A program made the translations under genes and the position numbers. Shown here one piece after another: positions 1 to 12,560 of a DNA stretch of 64,000 bases. The notes under the pieces are model-generated. The model saw nothing but the letters and a program-made list of their open reading frames with translations, was not told the origin of the DNA and made no database searches. The first letter of the stretch is position 1. Each line of letters begins with the position of its first letter. The stretch covers positions 10,478,001 to 10,542,000 of the forward strand of contig OZ024742.1 of assembly GCA_964016885.1 (NCBI GenBank), written 5' to 3'. Origin of the DNA: Eledone cirrhosa (lineage: Eukaryota).

Positions 1-100
1 CGAGCAAGACAATCACTCTTGCCTCAAGTGGGACTACCCCCGTCCAAACCCATGCAAGCGTGGAACACGGGCGTTAAACGTTGATGATGATGATGATGAT
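1..100 (+). mobile_element. 3' terminus of RTE-clade LINE with (GAT)n tail
   Basis: Near-identical to 14648-14740, the end of the RT-coding copy; ends GCGTTAAACGTTGATGATGAT. Confidence 0.9.
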
Positions 101-691
<591 letters not shown>

Positions 692-811
692 TATAGACAT
701 AGAATATTCGAAAATATTCTGTATGTTTATAATAAACATTTTGAAGACCTAATCGCTATAGAATATAATACGTCACGTATTACAATTAGATTCTCGATAA
801 AAGCAAGGGAA

Positions 812-854
812 GTAATCTACGCGTTTCATTCTTGTTAGAAATCTTCAGGACTAC
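812..854 (-). ncRNA. Minimal type I hammerhead ribozyme (copy 1)
   Basis: Minus strand reads GTAGTC-CTGAAGA-TTTCTAACAAGAAT-GAAA-CGCG-TA^GATTAC: stem I GTAGTC/GATTAC, stem II TTCT/AGAA, palindromic CGCG at stem III, GUA cleavage triplet. Confidence 0.85.
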
Positions 855-1121
855 ATATCCAGTGCTTTTATCGAGAATGACACAGCTAGAGACTTATAGA
901 ATACTTAGCTGTGTACAGGAACTGGTTTGAAAGAGCGGTTGCCGGTCCGGCAGAAATTAGAAATTGGAATAAATGCTCTGAAATAGCGATATATATGTGA
1001 ATATAGACATAGAATATTCGAAAATATTCTGTATGTTTATAATAAACATTTTGAAGACCTAATCGCTATAGAATAGAATACGTCACGTATTACAATTAGA
1101 TTCTCGATAAAAGCAAGGGAA

Positions 1122-1164
1122 GTAATCTACGCGTTTCATTCTTGTTAGAAATCTTCAGGACTAC
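1122..1164 (-). ncRNA. Minimal type I hammerhead ribozyme (copy 2)
   Basis: Identical motif 310 bp from copy 1. Confidence 0.85.
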
Positions 1165-1532
1165 ATATCCAGTGCTTTTATCGAGAATGACACAGCTAGA
1201 GACTTATAGAATACTTAGCTGTGTACAGGAACTGGTTTGAAAGAGCGGTTGCCGGTCCGACAGAAATTAGAAATTGGAATAAATGCTCTGAAATAGCGAT
1301 ATATATGTGAATATAGACATAGAATATTCGAAAATATTCTGTATGTTTATAATAAACATTTTGAAGACCTAATCGCTATAGAATAGAATACGTCACGTAT
1401 TACAATTAGAGCATTTATTCCAATTTCTAATTTCTGTCGGACCGGCAACCGCTCTTTCAAACCAGTTCCTGTACACAGCTAAGTATTCTATAAGTCTCTA
1501 GCTGTGTCATTCTCGATAAAAGCACTGGATAT

Positions 1533-1575
1533 GTAGTCCTGAAGATTTCTAACAAGAATGAAACGCGTAGATTAC
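1533..1575 (+). ncRNA. Minimal type I hammerhead ribozyme (inverted copy)
   Basis: GTAGTC(1533) CTGAAGA(1539-1545) ... GAAA(1560-1563) CGCG TA^GATTAC(1575). Confidence 0.85.
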
Positions 1576-1802
1576 TTCCCTTGCTTTTATCGAGAATCTA
1601 ATTGTAATACGTGACGTATTCTATTCTATAGCGATTAGGTCTTCAAAATGTTTATTATAAACATACAGAATATTTTCGAATATTCTATGTCTATATTCAC
1701 ATATATATCGCTATTTCAGAGCATTTATTCCAATATATATATATATAAACATATATACATATATATATATAAACATATATACATATATATATATAATCAT
1801 AT

Positions 1803-1844
<42 letters not shown>

Positions 1845-1956
1845 ATTATGTATATATATATATATGTCTATATATGTATATTATATATATAAACATATAT
1901 ACACATATATATATATATATATATATTTACATATATACATATATATATAAACATAT

Positions 1957-1987
<31 letters not shown>

Positions 1988-1994
1988 AACATAT

Positions 1995-2025
<31 letters not shown>

Positions 2026-2030
2026 TAAAC

Positions 2031-2063
<33 letters not shown>

Positions 2064-2070
2064 AACATAT

Positions 2071-2105
<35 letters not shown>

Positions 2106-2120
2106 AACATATATACATAT

Positions 2121-2702
<582 letters not shown>

Positions 2703-2713
2703 AACATATATAC

Positions 2714-2748
<35 letters not shown>

Positions 2749-2751
2749 AAC

Positions 2752-2794
<43 letters not shown>

Positions 2795-2797
2795 TAC

Positions 2798-2883
<86 letters not shown>

Positions 2884-2912
2884 ATATACATATATATATA
2901 TATATATATATA

Positions 2913-2955
<43 letters not shown>

Positions 2956-3030
2956 ATATATATATATATATAAACATATATATATATATAAACATATATA
3001 TATATATATAAACATATATATATATATATA

Positions 3031-3077
<47 letters not shown>

Positions 3078-3085
3078 ATATATAT

Positions 3086-3137
<52 letters not shown>

Positions 3138-3151
3138 ATATATATATATAT

Positions 3152-3210
3152 GAGTCCAGAATTAGCCGTCGAAACGGCTTGAGCTCAGCTGTCGGGGTCT
3201 TACTGGTTCC
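3152..3210. mobile_element. Fragment of TA-inserted fold-back element
   Basis: AGCCGTCGAAACGGCTTGAGCTC core shared with the copies at 4816, 5697, 11361, 44661 and 59658. Confidence 0.75.
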
Positions 3211-3266
3211 TATATATAAACATATATATATATATATATATATAAACATATATATATATATATATA

Positions 3267-3401
<135 letters not shown>

Positions 3402-3422
3402 ATATATATATATATATATATA

Positions 3423-3709
3423 TTAGAAAGTGAGTTTTTTTTTACAAAATGAAAAATAACCGAGGTGTCCTACACGAGTGGAAGTATAAAGAAAAAGGGA
3501 TGAAATCGAAAATGCAACTGTAGTCTTATTTTTAAAAAATATATATATATTTATTTGGTTCTCACAGATGTGAGAAAAACCACAGACCCTCCATCTCAAC
3601 TCACCTTTTGAAAAGCAGAAGAACTGCGAAACCGGTAAAGGAACCAAATAAATATATATATTTTTAAAAAAATAAGACTTCAGTTGCATTTTCGATTTCA
3701 TCCCTTTTT

Positions 3710-3714
<5 letters not shown>
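3423..3714. mobile_element. PLE-like pLTR fragment with inverted arm and HHR
   Basis: 3485-3561 is the reverse complement of ~3641-3716; HHR at 3604-3641; second copy at 39113-39250 on the minus strand. Confidence 0.7.
3604..3641 (+). ncRNA. Minimal hammerhead ribozyme, U3-A8 core variant (third family)
   Basis: CCTT-TTGAAAA-GCAG-AAGAA-CTGC-GAAA-CCGG-TA^AAGG. Core UUGAAAA replaces CUGANGA by swapping the C3-G8 pair for U3-A8; palindromic CCGG. Confidence 0.75.
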
Positions 3715-3757
<43 letters not shown>

Positions 3758-3830
3758 ATATATATATATATACATATATAAACATATATATATATATATA
3801 TATATATAAACATATATATATATATAAACA

Positions 3831-3913
<83 letters not shown>

Positions 3914-4116
3914 ATATGTATATATATATGTATATATGTTTATATATATATATGTTTATATATATATATGTATATATATATAAACATATATATATATATA
4001 TATATAAACATATATACATATATATATATATAAACATATATACATATATATATATATACATATACACATATATATATATACATATACACATATATATATA
4101 TACATATACACACATA

Positions 4117-4161
<45 letters not shown>

Positions 4162-4179
4162 ATACATATATATATATAT

Positions 4180-4615
4180 ATGGTGGCTGCCAACTCGTTT
4201 TCAAGTATGGCCACTACTTTATATCCATGTAGGAGAACCCCTACCGATGCGCTGCACGAGTGTGACATTTTAGTCCAGTCAGCGACTTGAAAACTCTGGT
4301 ACAAACACTACACTTGTGACAATTATTGACACATAGTGCTGGCCCATGGTTCCATGTGACGACAAGTGCAGAGAGATCTCCAGATATAAAACAATGCCTG
4401 TGCCGTGAAGCTTTTATAGTGAGCAAAGGCACTGCACAAAGCCAGTTCCACTCTCTTAACCAAGATGATATTTACCAAAAAGTAGAACAAGTCAACATCG
4501 TTGGATACCGTCAGGGTTGCAGGTGTTATATCAGAGTTTTCCTTCTCCTAGAATTCTGCCTCTACAAAGGTTAAGGGGTCATCTCTCCCGGTGATTTGGG
4601 ATGGCCATTGACTCT
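4180..4615 (-). mobile_element. Degenerate 3' end of an older LINE family with C-terminal C2H2 finger
   Basis: ORF 4241-4432 ends [25 protein letters not shown] (CxxC..HxxxxH); patchy similarity to 5820-6155. Confidence 0.5.
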
Positions 4616-4752
4616 TAAGAGCCCCTTTGCCCTTTGATAGGTTTTGTTTTTAGTCCTGCAGGATGTCCAAAGTCACCCTCCTCACCAAGAAACCTTGGTG
4701 GGGTTGCCAGTTTAGTCGCCAACGTCCCGACCATGAGACAGGTTGTACTGTG

Positions 4753-4792
<40 letters not shown>

Positions 4793-4815
4793 CACATATA
4801 TATATATATATATAT

Positions 4816-4941
4816 AGCCGTCGAAACGGCTTGAGCTCAGCTGTCGGGGTCTTACTGGTTCCTATTACCCACTCTACTACCTCAAGTATTGAGTACTTTG
4901 GTGCGTTATGGTCCACCTGGTTCCTTACCACATTTCCTTCG

Positions 4942-4943
<2 letters not shown>
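4816..4943. mobile_element. Fold-back element right arm plus unique tail
   Basis: Same core plus tail (CCTATTACCCACTCTACTAC...CCTTCGTTATA) as at 11440-11561 and 59720-59870; flanked by (TA)n. Confidence 0.75.
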
Positions 4944-4994
<51 letters not shown>

Positions 4995-5592
4995 CACATA
5001 TATATATATATATATAACTTTCACTCACTCATTCTCTGCCACTACCTCTCCCCCTCCTCTTTCCTCCTCCTCCTTCAAGTTTGACCTGTGTGTAATTCTT
5101 TTCTCGCGCGGTCTTGACCAAGCTGGTATGGAAATTTTTTCTCTCTCTCTTTCGTCTGCGACTTCACAAAACTTATGTTTACCGAATTCGTAGACCAGAC
5201 CCCTTTATCTTCTTCTTCTTCTTCTTCTTCTTCTTCTCTTTTTTCTTCCCCCCCCCCGCCCCCCCGTTAGACTTGTGCGAAATTCTTTCCTTGCTCACAT
5301 TTCAACCAAGTTTGATGGTCTTTTGTCTCTTGTTCACGATTTCACCGAGTTTATATTCATAGAGATCTGGGACTTGTCTATTTCTTCTCACTTTCCGTTG
5401 CTTAAACCTTTTTGTTTGTTACCCTGGCGTCCCCTTTGTTTACGTTTCCCAACGACTTTTTTTAGCCGTTGTTCGCACCAACCTGAGGCATATGGCCCTT
5501 AAAGCGATGAAATGCCTGGGACGGTTGGAGGGTCACTGATGAAGGACTTACTTTTTCATATGCCCCACCATTTGCAACGTGCAGCCATTATT

Positions 5593-5636
<44 letters not shown>

Positions 5637-5639
5637 AAC

Positions 5640-5676
<37 letters not shown>

Positions 5677-5696
5677 TATATATATATACACACAGA

Positions 5697-5788
5697 ACGG
5701 CAGAGCTCAAGCCATTTCGACGGCTATTTCAGTCCAGAAATAGCCGTCGAAATGGCTTGAACTCTGCCGTCGGGGTCATACTTTTTCA
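5697..5788. mobile_element. Fold-back (palindromic) element
   Basis: CGGCAGAGCTCAAGCCATTTCGACGGCTATTTC / GAAATAGCCGTCGAAATGGCTTGAACTCTGCCG inverted arms around AGTCCA. Confidence 0.8.
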
Positions 5789-5819
5789 TATATATATATA
5801 TTTATATATATACGTTGAT

Positions 5820-6155
5820 ATGATGGCTGCAACTCGATTTTGAGTAATGCCATCGCTAGATACTTAACCATGAACATCACAGATGAGGCTTTTTAGTCCT
5901 GCTAGGGACTTGCCTATGGCCAGCAATATGATGGATCACAAAAAATGTCACGTATGAAACGATGACTGCACTTGAAGCTTTTTTAAATGAGGAAAGGCTT
6001 TACACGGGGCCAATCCCATTCTCTGAACATCGAATACTTTTGCGCAAAAAGAACTGGTCTACATCATTGGATGCAAATAAAGTCACAGGTTTTATATCAT
6101 AGTGACTTACTCCTAGAGAGATGTTTTAATGAAGACTAGGGGTCTCTCCCTCCAG
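5820..6155 (-). mobile_element. Second degenerate copy of the older LINE 3' end
   Basis: Starts GATGGCTGCAACTCG like 4181; shares CAGG..TTATATCA..G...CTCCTAG and GGGGTC.TCTC blocks with 4520-4590. Confidence 0.45.
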
Positions 6156-6157
6156 CA

Positions 6158-6228
<71 letters not shown>

Positions 6229-6248
6229 TTTTTTAATTTAATTTTTTA

Positions 6249-8250
6249 ATCAAAGATATGAAGACGGGTAAGGCGGCTGGGCCTTCGGAAATAGTTGCTG
6301 AAATGCTGAAAGCTTCTGGAACGGTGGGACACACCATGGTCACCCGGATAGTAGACCAAGTCATACAGAATGGGGTTGTTCCGAAGGACTGGCATAGCAG
6401 CATCATCATTAACTGCTACAAGGGTAAAGGAGATGCCCTAGATATGGGTAACTATAGAGGCATTAAATTAATCGACCAGGTCATGAAGGTCACAGAAAAA
6501 GTAATAGCGCAACTAATCAGAGAGAGAATTGATCTAGATGAAATGCAATTCGGGTTTGTGTCAGGTAAAAGTACCACAGACGCTCTTTTCATTGTACGAC
6601 AACTACAGAAGTACCTAGCTAAAAGTAAACCTCTATATATGCTTCTGTCGACTTGGCGAAAGCCTTCGACAGAGTCCCCCTTTCCATTATCTGGTGGGCT
6701 TTTAGAAAACTAGGTGTTGATGAATGGCTTGTGAGAGCTATACAAGCCATGTATAAAGAAACAGTCAGCAAGGTTAGAATTATGAAGAGTTTAGCGTAAA
6801 AGTTGGTGTTCATCAGGGCTCCGTTTTTAGCCCCCTACTATTTATTATTGCCCTTCAGGCTATAACAGTGGAGTTCAAGACCGGCTGCCTATGGGAACTC
6901 CTATACGCAGATGATCTAACGCTCATAGCTGAATCAATGGCCGAACTAGAGAAGAAATTCCAAACATGGAAGCATGGTCTAGAATCAAATGACCTTAAAA
7001 TTAACCTGTCTAAGACTAAAGTTCTAGTTTGTAGGAAGGAAAATAGGGCACCGGTCCCATCCGGGAAATGGCCATGCTCAGTGTGTAGGAAAAGAGTAGG
7101 TAGAAACTCCATTTTATGTCCCAAATACAAAGTATGGGTGCATAAAAGATGTAGTGGGATCACGGGTAAGCTAAGAACATAGATTTTATATGTGTCCGGT
7201 GCTCTGGTGCAATAAGTAGCAGCAAGTGCCCACAGAATACTAGCTCATTCCATTGCACAGATGGTTCTATAGAAATAGTGGACACCTTCCCTTACTTGGG
7301 TGACAAAATCAGCAGTGGTGGAGGGTGCTCTGAAAGTACAGTAGCTAGAGTCAGAACTGGATGGAAAACGTTCAGAGAGCTTATACCACTATTAGCCGCT
7401 AAAAGGTTCTCTCTAAAAATGAAAGGCAGGCTGTATGATGCCTGCATACGAACAGCAATGTTACATGGCAGTGAGACCTGGGCATTGTGTGCAGAGGATA
7501 TACGCAGACTGGAGAGGAACGAAGCTTGCATGCTCCGCTGGATGTGTAATAGTAATATACGTGAACGGCGAAGCATAAACGAACTAAGGGAGAAATTAGG
7601 AATAAGAGGGATCAGATGTTGTTTACTCGAGAGAAGACTACGTTGGTATGGTCATGTGATGCACATGAAAGACGACAGCTGTATAACAAAGTGCAGGGCA
7701 ATAAAAATAGACGGTTGCCACGGAGTAGGCAGACCCAGAAAAACCTGGGACGACTTGATAAATTCCGACCTCACACACTTACACCTCTCCAAGACAATGT
7801 CACTGGACCGAGACCTTTGGCGCTACACAGTAATACAGAAGACCTGCCTTACCTAAGTACAAAGTGAAACCTACTACAGTCAGTAAGCACCTCTAACAAA
7901 ATACACCCCCGTCCCACTACCCCCACCCCATCCACACCACCCCTTTCAATGTAAAGTTATGTTGGTACTACAACATCCAGTCCGAAACAAATGAGGTCGT
8001 GTAGGTGTCAAGACAAAAAAAAACACACAGTCCACGCTGTAATGTGGCTGTGTAGGCAACACGGTAAAAACCTCCCAGACCCACACTGTAAATGTGGTCG
8101 GTGTTAGGAAGGGCAACCAGCTGTAGAAAACCGGCCAGACAGTCCTATGCGAGCGAGACAACCACTCTTGCCTCAAGTGGGAAAACTCCCGTCCAAACCC
8201 ATGCAAGCGTGGAAGATGAACGTTAAATGATGATGATGATGGTGATGATG
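6249..8250 (+). mobile_element. 5'-truncated, frameshifted RTE-clade LINE (RT pseudogene, 3' UTR, GAT tail)
   Basis: Split ORFs 6258-6713 (KAAGPS, NYRGIKL, QFGF), 6868-7182 (LLYADDL) and 7278-7856 (YLG, RRLRWYGHV, GRPRKTW); (GAT)n at 8228-8250. Confidence 0.95.
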
Positions 8251-8324
8251 AATTTATTTTTTTAATATAAAGAATCTTTTAATATAAGGAACTGTTTCTT
8301 TATTTTTATTCATTGTTTTTATTA

Positions 8325-8385
<61 letters not shown>

Positions 8386-8414
8386 TAAATATATATATAA
8401 ATATACATATGTAT

Positions 8415-8670
8415 AAGTGGTTGGTGTTAGGAAGGGCATCCAGCCATCGAAAGCTTGCCAAACAAAGGGTTGGGAGGACCCTTCGTTTGTGTCAAAAGAC
8501 AACAATTTCTCCTATGCACTAGATAGAATGTATGATCCTGTGTAAGTGAGATACAGACACTCTGGCTTGTCTGTGAGGTCAGTAGCTCTGCTTCAGTACT
8601 GAGTTGGGCTATGTAGACCTGCCCAACACTTGCTAACTAGGAAAGCAGACATTAAATAGTGATGATGGTG
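8415..8670 (+). mobile_element. Diverged RTE 3' UTR fragment
   Basis: GTGGTTGGTGTTAGGAAGGGCATCCAGC motif and terminal GACATTAAATAGTGATGATG. Confidence 0.6.
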
Positions 8671-8695
8671 CTGATATTGTTGTTATTATTTATAA

Positions 8696-8851
8696 TCTGA
8701 GTTCAAATCCCACCGAGGTTAACTTTGCCTTTCATCCTTACGGGGTTGATCAAATAAAGTACCAGTAATGCAATGGGGTCGAATTATTAGACTTTGCCAT
8801 CACTCAAAATTGCTGGCCTTGTGCCTAAAGTAGAAACAATTATTATTATTA
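8696..8851 (+). mobile_element. tRNA-derived SINE (5'-truncated)
   Basis: B-box GAGTTCAAATCC, central GCCTTTCATCCTT.CGGGGT.GAT..AATAAAGTACCAG domain, (ATT)n tail. Confidence 0.85.
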
Positions 8852-8951
8852 ATATTTTAAACTATATTATCCAATATACTGTCTTTTGATGACCAGTCCA
8901 ACCCTTGCTTGCAGGAAACAGTGATTATGAGGTCCATTTTCATCTATATTT

Positions 8952-8989
<38 letters not shown>

Positions 8990-9095
8990 ATAATAATAAA
9001 ATTGAAGACTAAAATCCAAAGACGGCTCGATAAGGAAAATATATATCAAATATATAAGAACCGTAGAGCAAATATTTATTAAAGTAACAGATTAA

Positions 9096-9146
9096 AGTTT
9101 AAGCAAAGAATCGCTGCTTTCACCCTTAACGGGATCTTCTGAAACT
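9096..9146 (-). ncRNA. Hammerhead ribozyme, U4A core variant, in pLTR
   Basis: Reverse complement of 11249-11299. Confidence 0.65.
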
Positions 9147-10069
9147 AACAAAGTCAATCTGTAAACGCAGAACTGGATATTTAAAAAAACGTTGCAACCG
9201 GAGGAAGACAGGAAGACGATACTTTGGTTCGTGGTAACGTTCGCTGGCAAAGAACGGGAAAAAACGAATAATACGTCATTAATAGGAGCGGTGAAAAACA
9301 ATTACGCGCAAAGACAGAACCACGTTTATGGTATAAAAGAGGTCGTAGACTAATGTTCTCTTAGGTGGTGCATAGAGACGTTCTCTGGCAATGAACGTAA
9401 AAACGAAGATAATAAGTCATATGTAGAGCGTGGAGAACAATAGCACGCAAAGACAAAACCACGTAAATGGTATAGAAGTCGTTGACTAAAATTCTAACTA
9501 GGAGACCAAATGAATCTCCCCTACAGAGTTAAGAACAAAGTAAATAAATACAATACAGAAGTAATAGAAACAAATAGATACATATACGCAAACAGATACT
9601 TACATACACAAGCATACGCAAAACCTTACCATAGGTATACAAAACCACGCACATATAAATATGTGTGTGTGTATGCTTGTGTACAAATAAATAAATAATT
9701 ATATAAACGTATATAAGTAAATAAATACGTATATAACAAGCGCACACGCATACCTACATATAAATACACGAATGTTCGGAGACGTAAGTCAACTAAAACA
9801 AGAAGTACACATATACACACACCCACCATACGTACGAACCTGCATACTCACGCAGACGCAAAACTCCCGTATACACATAGCCAAACCCTAAATACCAGAA
9901 TATGTAAAAATTATACGCCATAACAGTCAAATATACGTACGAGAAGGTATACATACCTTCACAAAACATACGGGTAATATATACTTACCTATGCAAATAA
10001 GTAAAGGAATAAACAAAACATATACTTAGCTCCCACATCAAGACGTAAAATATCCACGTATAGATCGTG

Positions 10070-10759
10070 CTATCCGTTAGGGTATAACGTGGGGCTGTAA
10101 TACAGGAAAGTTTTGTGCAATTTATGTTTACAAGCCGAAATTGCCGCAGATTTTTTGTTTAAGATGTGGTCTGTGGCGTAGTGTATTTCCAGGGCCTCAA
10201 CGGCGCAGAGGTCACATGGTCTTTTATTTCCGTTATACGATCTAGCCTTAGCTAGGATCTCCCAGTGTAACTTATATTGGGTGTGATTGTCTTTTAGACT
10301 CCAGATATAAGCTGAAAGTGACGTCATATTCCTTCTTAGAGGGTAACGAAAAGAATGGGTATGCATGTAAAGACGCTGCTTGAAACTATTGGCGGTTAAC
10401 CCTATGTAGGCCCTACGGGACGTGGGTGTTACAACCTTACATTTGTAGACAATGTTACTAGAGAGGCATTTCCCGGATAGGGGGCAATCAGCCCGATTCC
10501 TACAATTACAGTTAGTACTAACTACAGGGTTGCACGTGTTTCTACGGCTAGGTAGTTTAGCTAAATTTGAAGATGTGATGTTATGTGCAAGGTTAGGAGT
10601 CGTAGAGTAAGAAATTTTAATAGTATTTCTATTAAAAATGTTACTATATTTATGTGTAGGGGGAAAATGCTTCGTAATAAATGAAAGAAAGATCAGAGCT
10701 AATTATGTGGCCAGCTCCATATTATATGATGGGTTAAACCAACAAATGCGACGGGATCT
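10070..10759 (-). pseudogene. PLE linker plus GIY-YIG endonuclease (C-terminal fragment)
   Basis: Manual translation: ICWFNPSY..*..KHFPPTHKYSNIFNRNTIKISYS..CNCRNRADCPLSGKC..NIVYKCKV..AYIGLTANSFKQRLYMHTHSF..LSAYIWSLK..CDLC..E..LNKK..CKH. One in-frame TAA at 10703-10705. Confidence 0.9.
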
Positions 10760-11248
10760 ATGTATACCTATGGTAAGGTTTTGTGTATGTACGTATCTGT
10801 TTGCGTGTATGTATCTATTTGTTTCTATTACTTCTGTATTGTATTTATTTACTTTGTTCTTAACTCTGTAGCGGAGATTCATTTGGTCTCCTAGTTAGAA
10901 TTTTAGTCTACGACTTCTGCTATACCATTTACGTGGTTTTGTCTTTGCGTGCTATTGTTCTCCACGCTCCACATATGACTTATTATCTTCGTTTTTTCGT
11001 TCATTGCCAGAGAACGTCGCTATGCACCACCTAAGAGAACATTAGTCTACGACCTCTTTTATACCATAAACGTGGTTCTGTCTTTGCGCGTAATTGTTTT
11101 TCACCGCTCCTATTAATGACGTATTATTCGTTTTTTCCCGTTCTTTGCCAGCGAACGTTACCACGAACCAAAGTATCGTCTTCCTGTCTTCCTCCGGTTG
11201 CAACGTTTTTTTAAATATCCAGTTCTGCGTTTACAGATTGACTTTGTT

Positions 11249-11299
11249 AGTTTCAGAAGATCCCGTTAAGGGTGAAAGCAGCGATTCTTTGCTTAAACT
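11249..11299 (+). ncRNA. Hammerhead ribozyme, U4A core variant, in inverted pLTR (fourth family)
   Basis: AGTTT-CAGAAGA-TCCC-GTTAA-GGGT-GAAA-GCAG-CGATTCT-TTGC-TT^AAACT: stems I, II and III all pair; core is CAGAAGA and the triplet is CUU. Confidence 0.65.
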
Positions 11300-11315
11300 T
11301 TAATCTGTTACTTTA

Positions 11316-11360
<45 letters not shown>

Positions 11361-11362
<2 letters not shown>

Positions 11363-11561
11363 AAATTAGTCAGGACCCAGACGGCAGAGCTCAAGCCGTT
11401 TCATCAGCTATTTCTGGACCAGGTCCAGAAATAGCCATCGAAACGGCTTGAGCTCTACCGTTGTGTCCTGACTCTTTTCCTATTACCCACTCTACTGCCG
11501 AAAGTATTGAGTATCCTGGTGTGTTATAGTCCACCTGGTTCCTTACCACACTTCCTTTGTT
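11361..11561. mobile_element. Fold-back element with tail
   Basis: Inverted arms 11361-11420 / 11422-11481 followed by the shared tail; flanked by (TA)n. Confidence 0.8.
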
Positions 11562-11580
11562 ATATATATATATATATATA

Positions 11581-11692
11581 ATTGTTTCTACTTTAGGCAC
11601 AAGGCCAGCAAACACCCAGTACATTACTGGTACTTTATTTTATCGACCCCGTAAGGATGAAAGACAAAGTTAACCTCGGCGGGATTTGAACT
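11581..11692 (-). mobile_element. tRNA-derived SINE fragment
   Basis: Reverse-complement match to 8696-8851. Confidence 0.85.
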
Positions 11693-12171
11693 AATGTTGC
11701 TTTTGCTATCATTGTTAAAAAACTATGATATAATATATATACACACAGACATATCTATATATATTTATCTGGTTTTTGTTGTCTAAATGTTTGTTACATC
11801 CATGTTTTGTCTCTAGTGTGACAACAACATTGCATGTATATATACCACAGAACAGACGAAAGCAATATGAAGACTTAAATCTGTTCTATAGACAGAGATA
11901 TTAACAAGAATTAGCCATCAATTTGTTATCAAGGATTCTCTACAACATAACTTTGTTTACAGACAGTAATCACAAGTAGTAATGTTGCTTAACAACTGGT
12001 GTATAATATAGTATCATGTTCATTTATGGTTAGGGATGTTGTATGATGGTGTTAGGTGAAAAGAAAGAATTGAACACAATAGATATCAGCTACCTTTCAA
12101 TGAGATCTTGTTGGATATACTTGTTTATAATGGAAGAACGGACGTAAAACGGTGATGAGGATGATGATGCA

Positions 12172-12330
12172 TAATAATGATAATGAAATTATTGAGTACA
12201 GTGCTCGGGTGCACTATAACTCATCAAAGGTGCATTTATAGTACATAGAATAATGTACAAATATCAGGGAAGTGAATAGTGTACGAGTCATGATATACAT
12301 GTGTGCATGTGTATGGAGGGGGAATATTAG
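12172..12330 (-). mobile_element. 3' end of another LINE-like family with (ATT)n tail
   Basis: Reverse complement matches 22245-22326 (GCACCTTTGA.GAGTT.TAGTGCACC.GAGCACTGTAC.CAATAATTTCATTAT). Confidence 0.55.
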
Positions 12331-12489
12331 GTTAATATGATATAGTACTAACATTTCTACATATATTCAGGCATGTCTATTTAGATGTATATACATATAA
12401 GTTTTTTGTGTATTCCCACACGGACACACAATATCATTTCGGATGTAAAATGAAATGATATTGTGTGTCTGTGTGGGAATACACAAAAA

Positions 12490-12549
<60 letters not shown>

Positions 12550-12560
12550 CATAAAGCTTG

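Larger units (their letters stand above)
689..1734. mobile_element. Retrozyme-like / non-autonomous PLE-related element: 2.3 tandem copies of a 310-bp unit (689-1410) followed by an inverted copy (1408-1734)
   Basis: ATATAGACATAGAATATTCG recurs at 691, 1001 and 1311 (period 310). 1408-1734 is the reverse complement of the unit, joined at an AGA microhomology. Each complete unit carries an HHR motif. Flanked by (TA)n. Confidence 0.85.
9064..11322 (-). mobile_element. 5'-truncated Penelope-like element (probably Naiad clade) with inverted pseudo-LTR
   Basis: 9073-9641 and 10761-11322 are inverted repeats; GIY-YIG coding segment between them; HHR in each repeat. Confidence 0.88.

Noticed and set aside
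5478-5528. SECIS-like hairpin
   Set aside because: Lacks the UGAN/NGAN quartet geometry.
10460-10512. Selenocysteine recoding in the PLE Cys motif
   Set aside because: All four Cys codons are TGT/TGC; the only in-frame stop is TAA.
9092-11303. Identical 69-aa ORFs at 9092-9301 and 11094-11303
   Set aside because: A consequence of the inverted pLTRs; TTG start and no recognisable motif.
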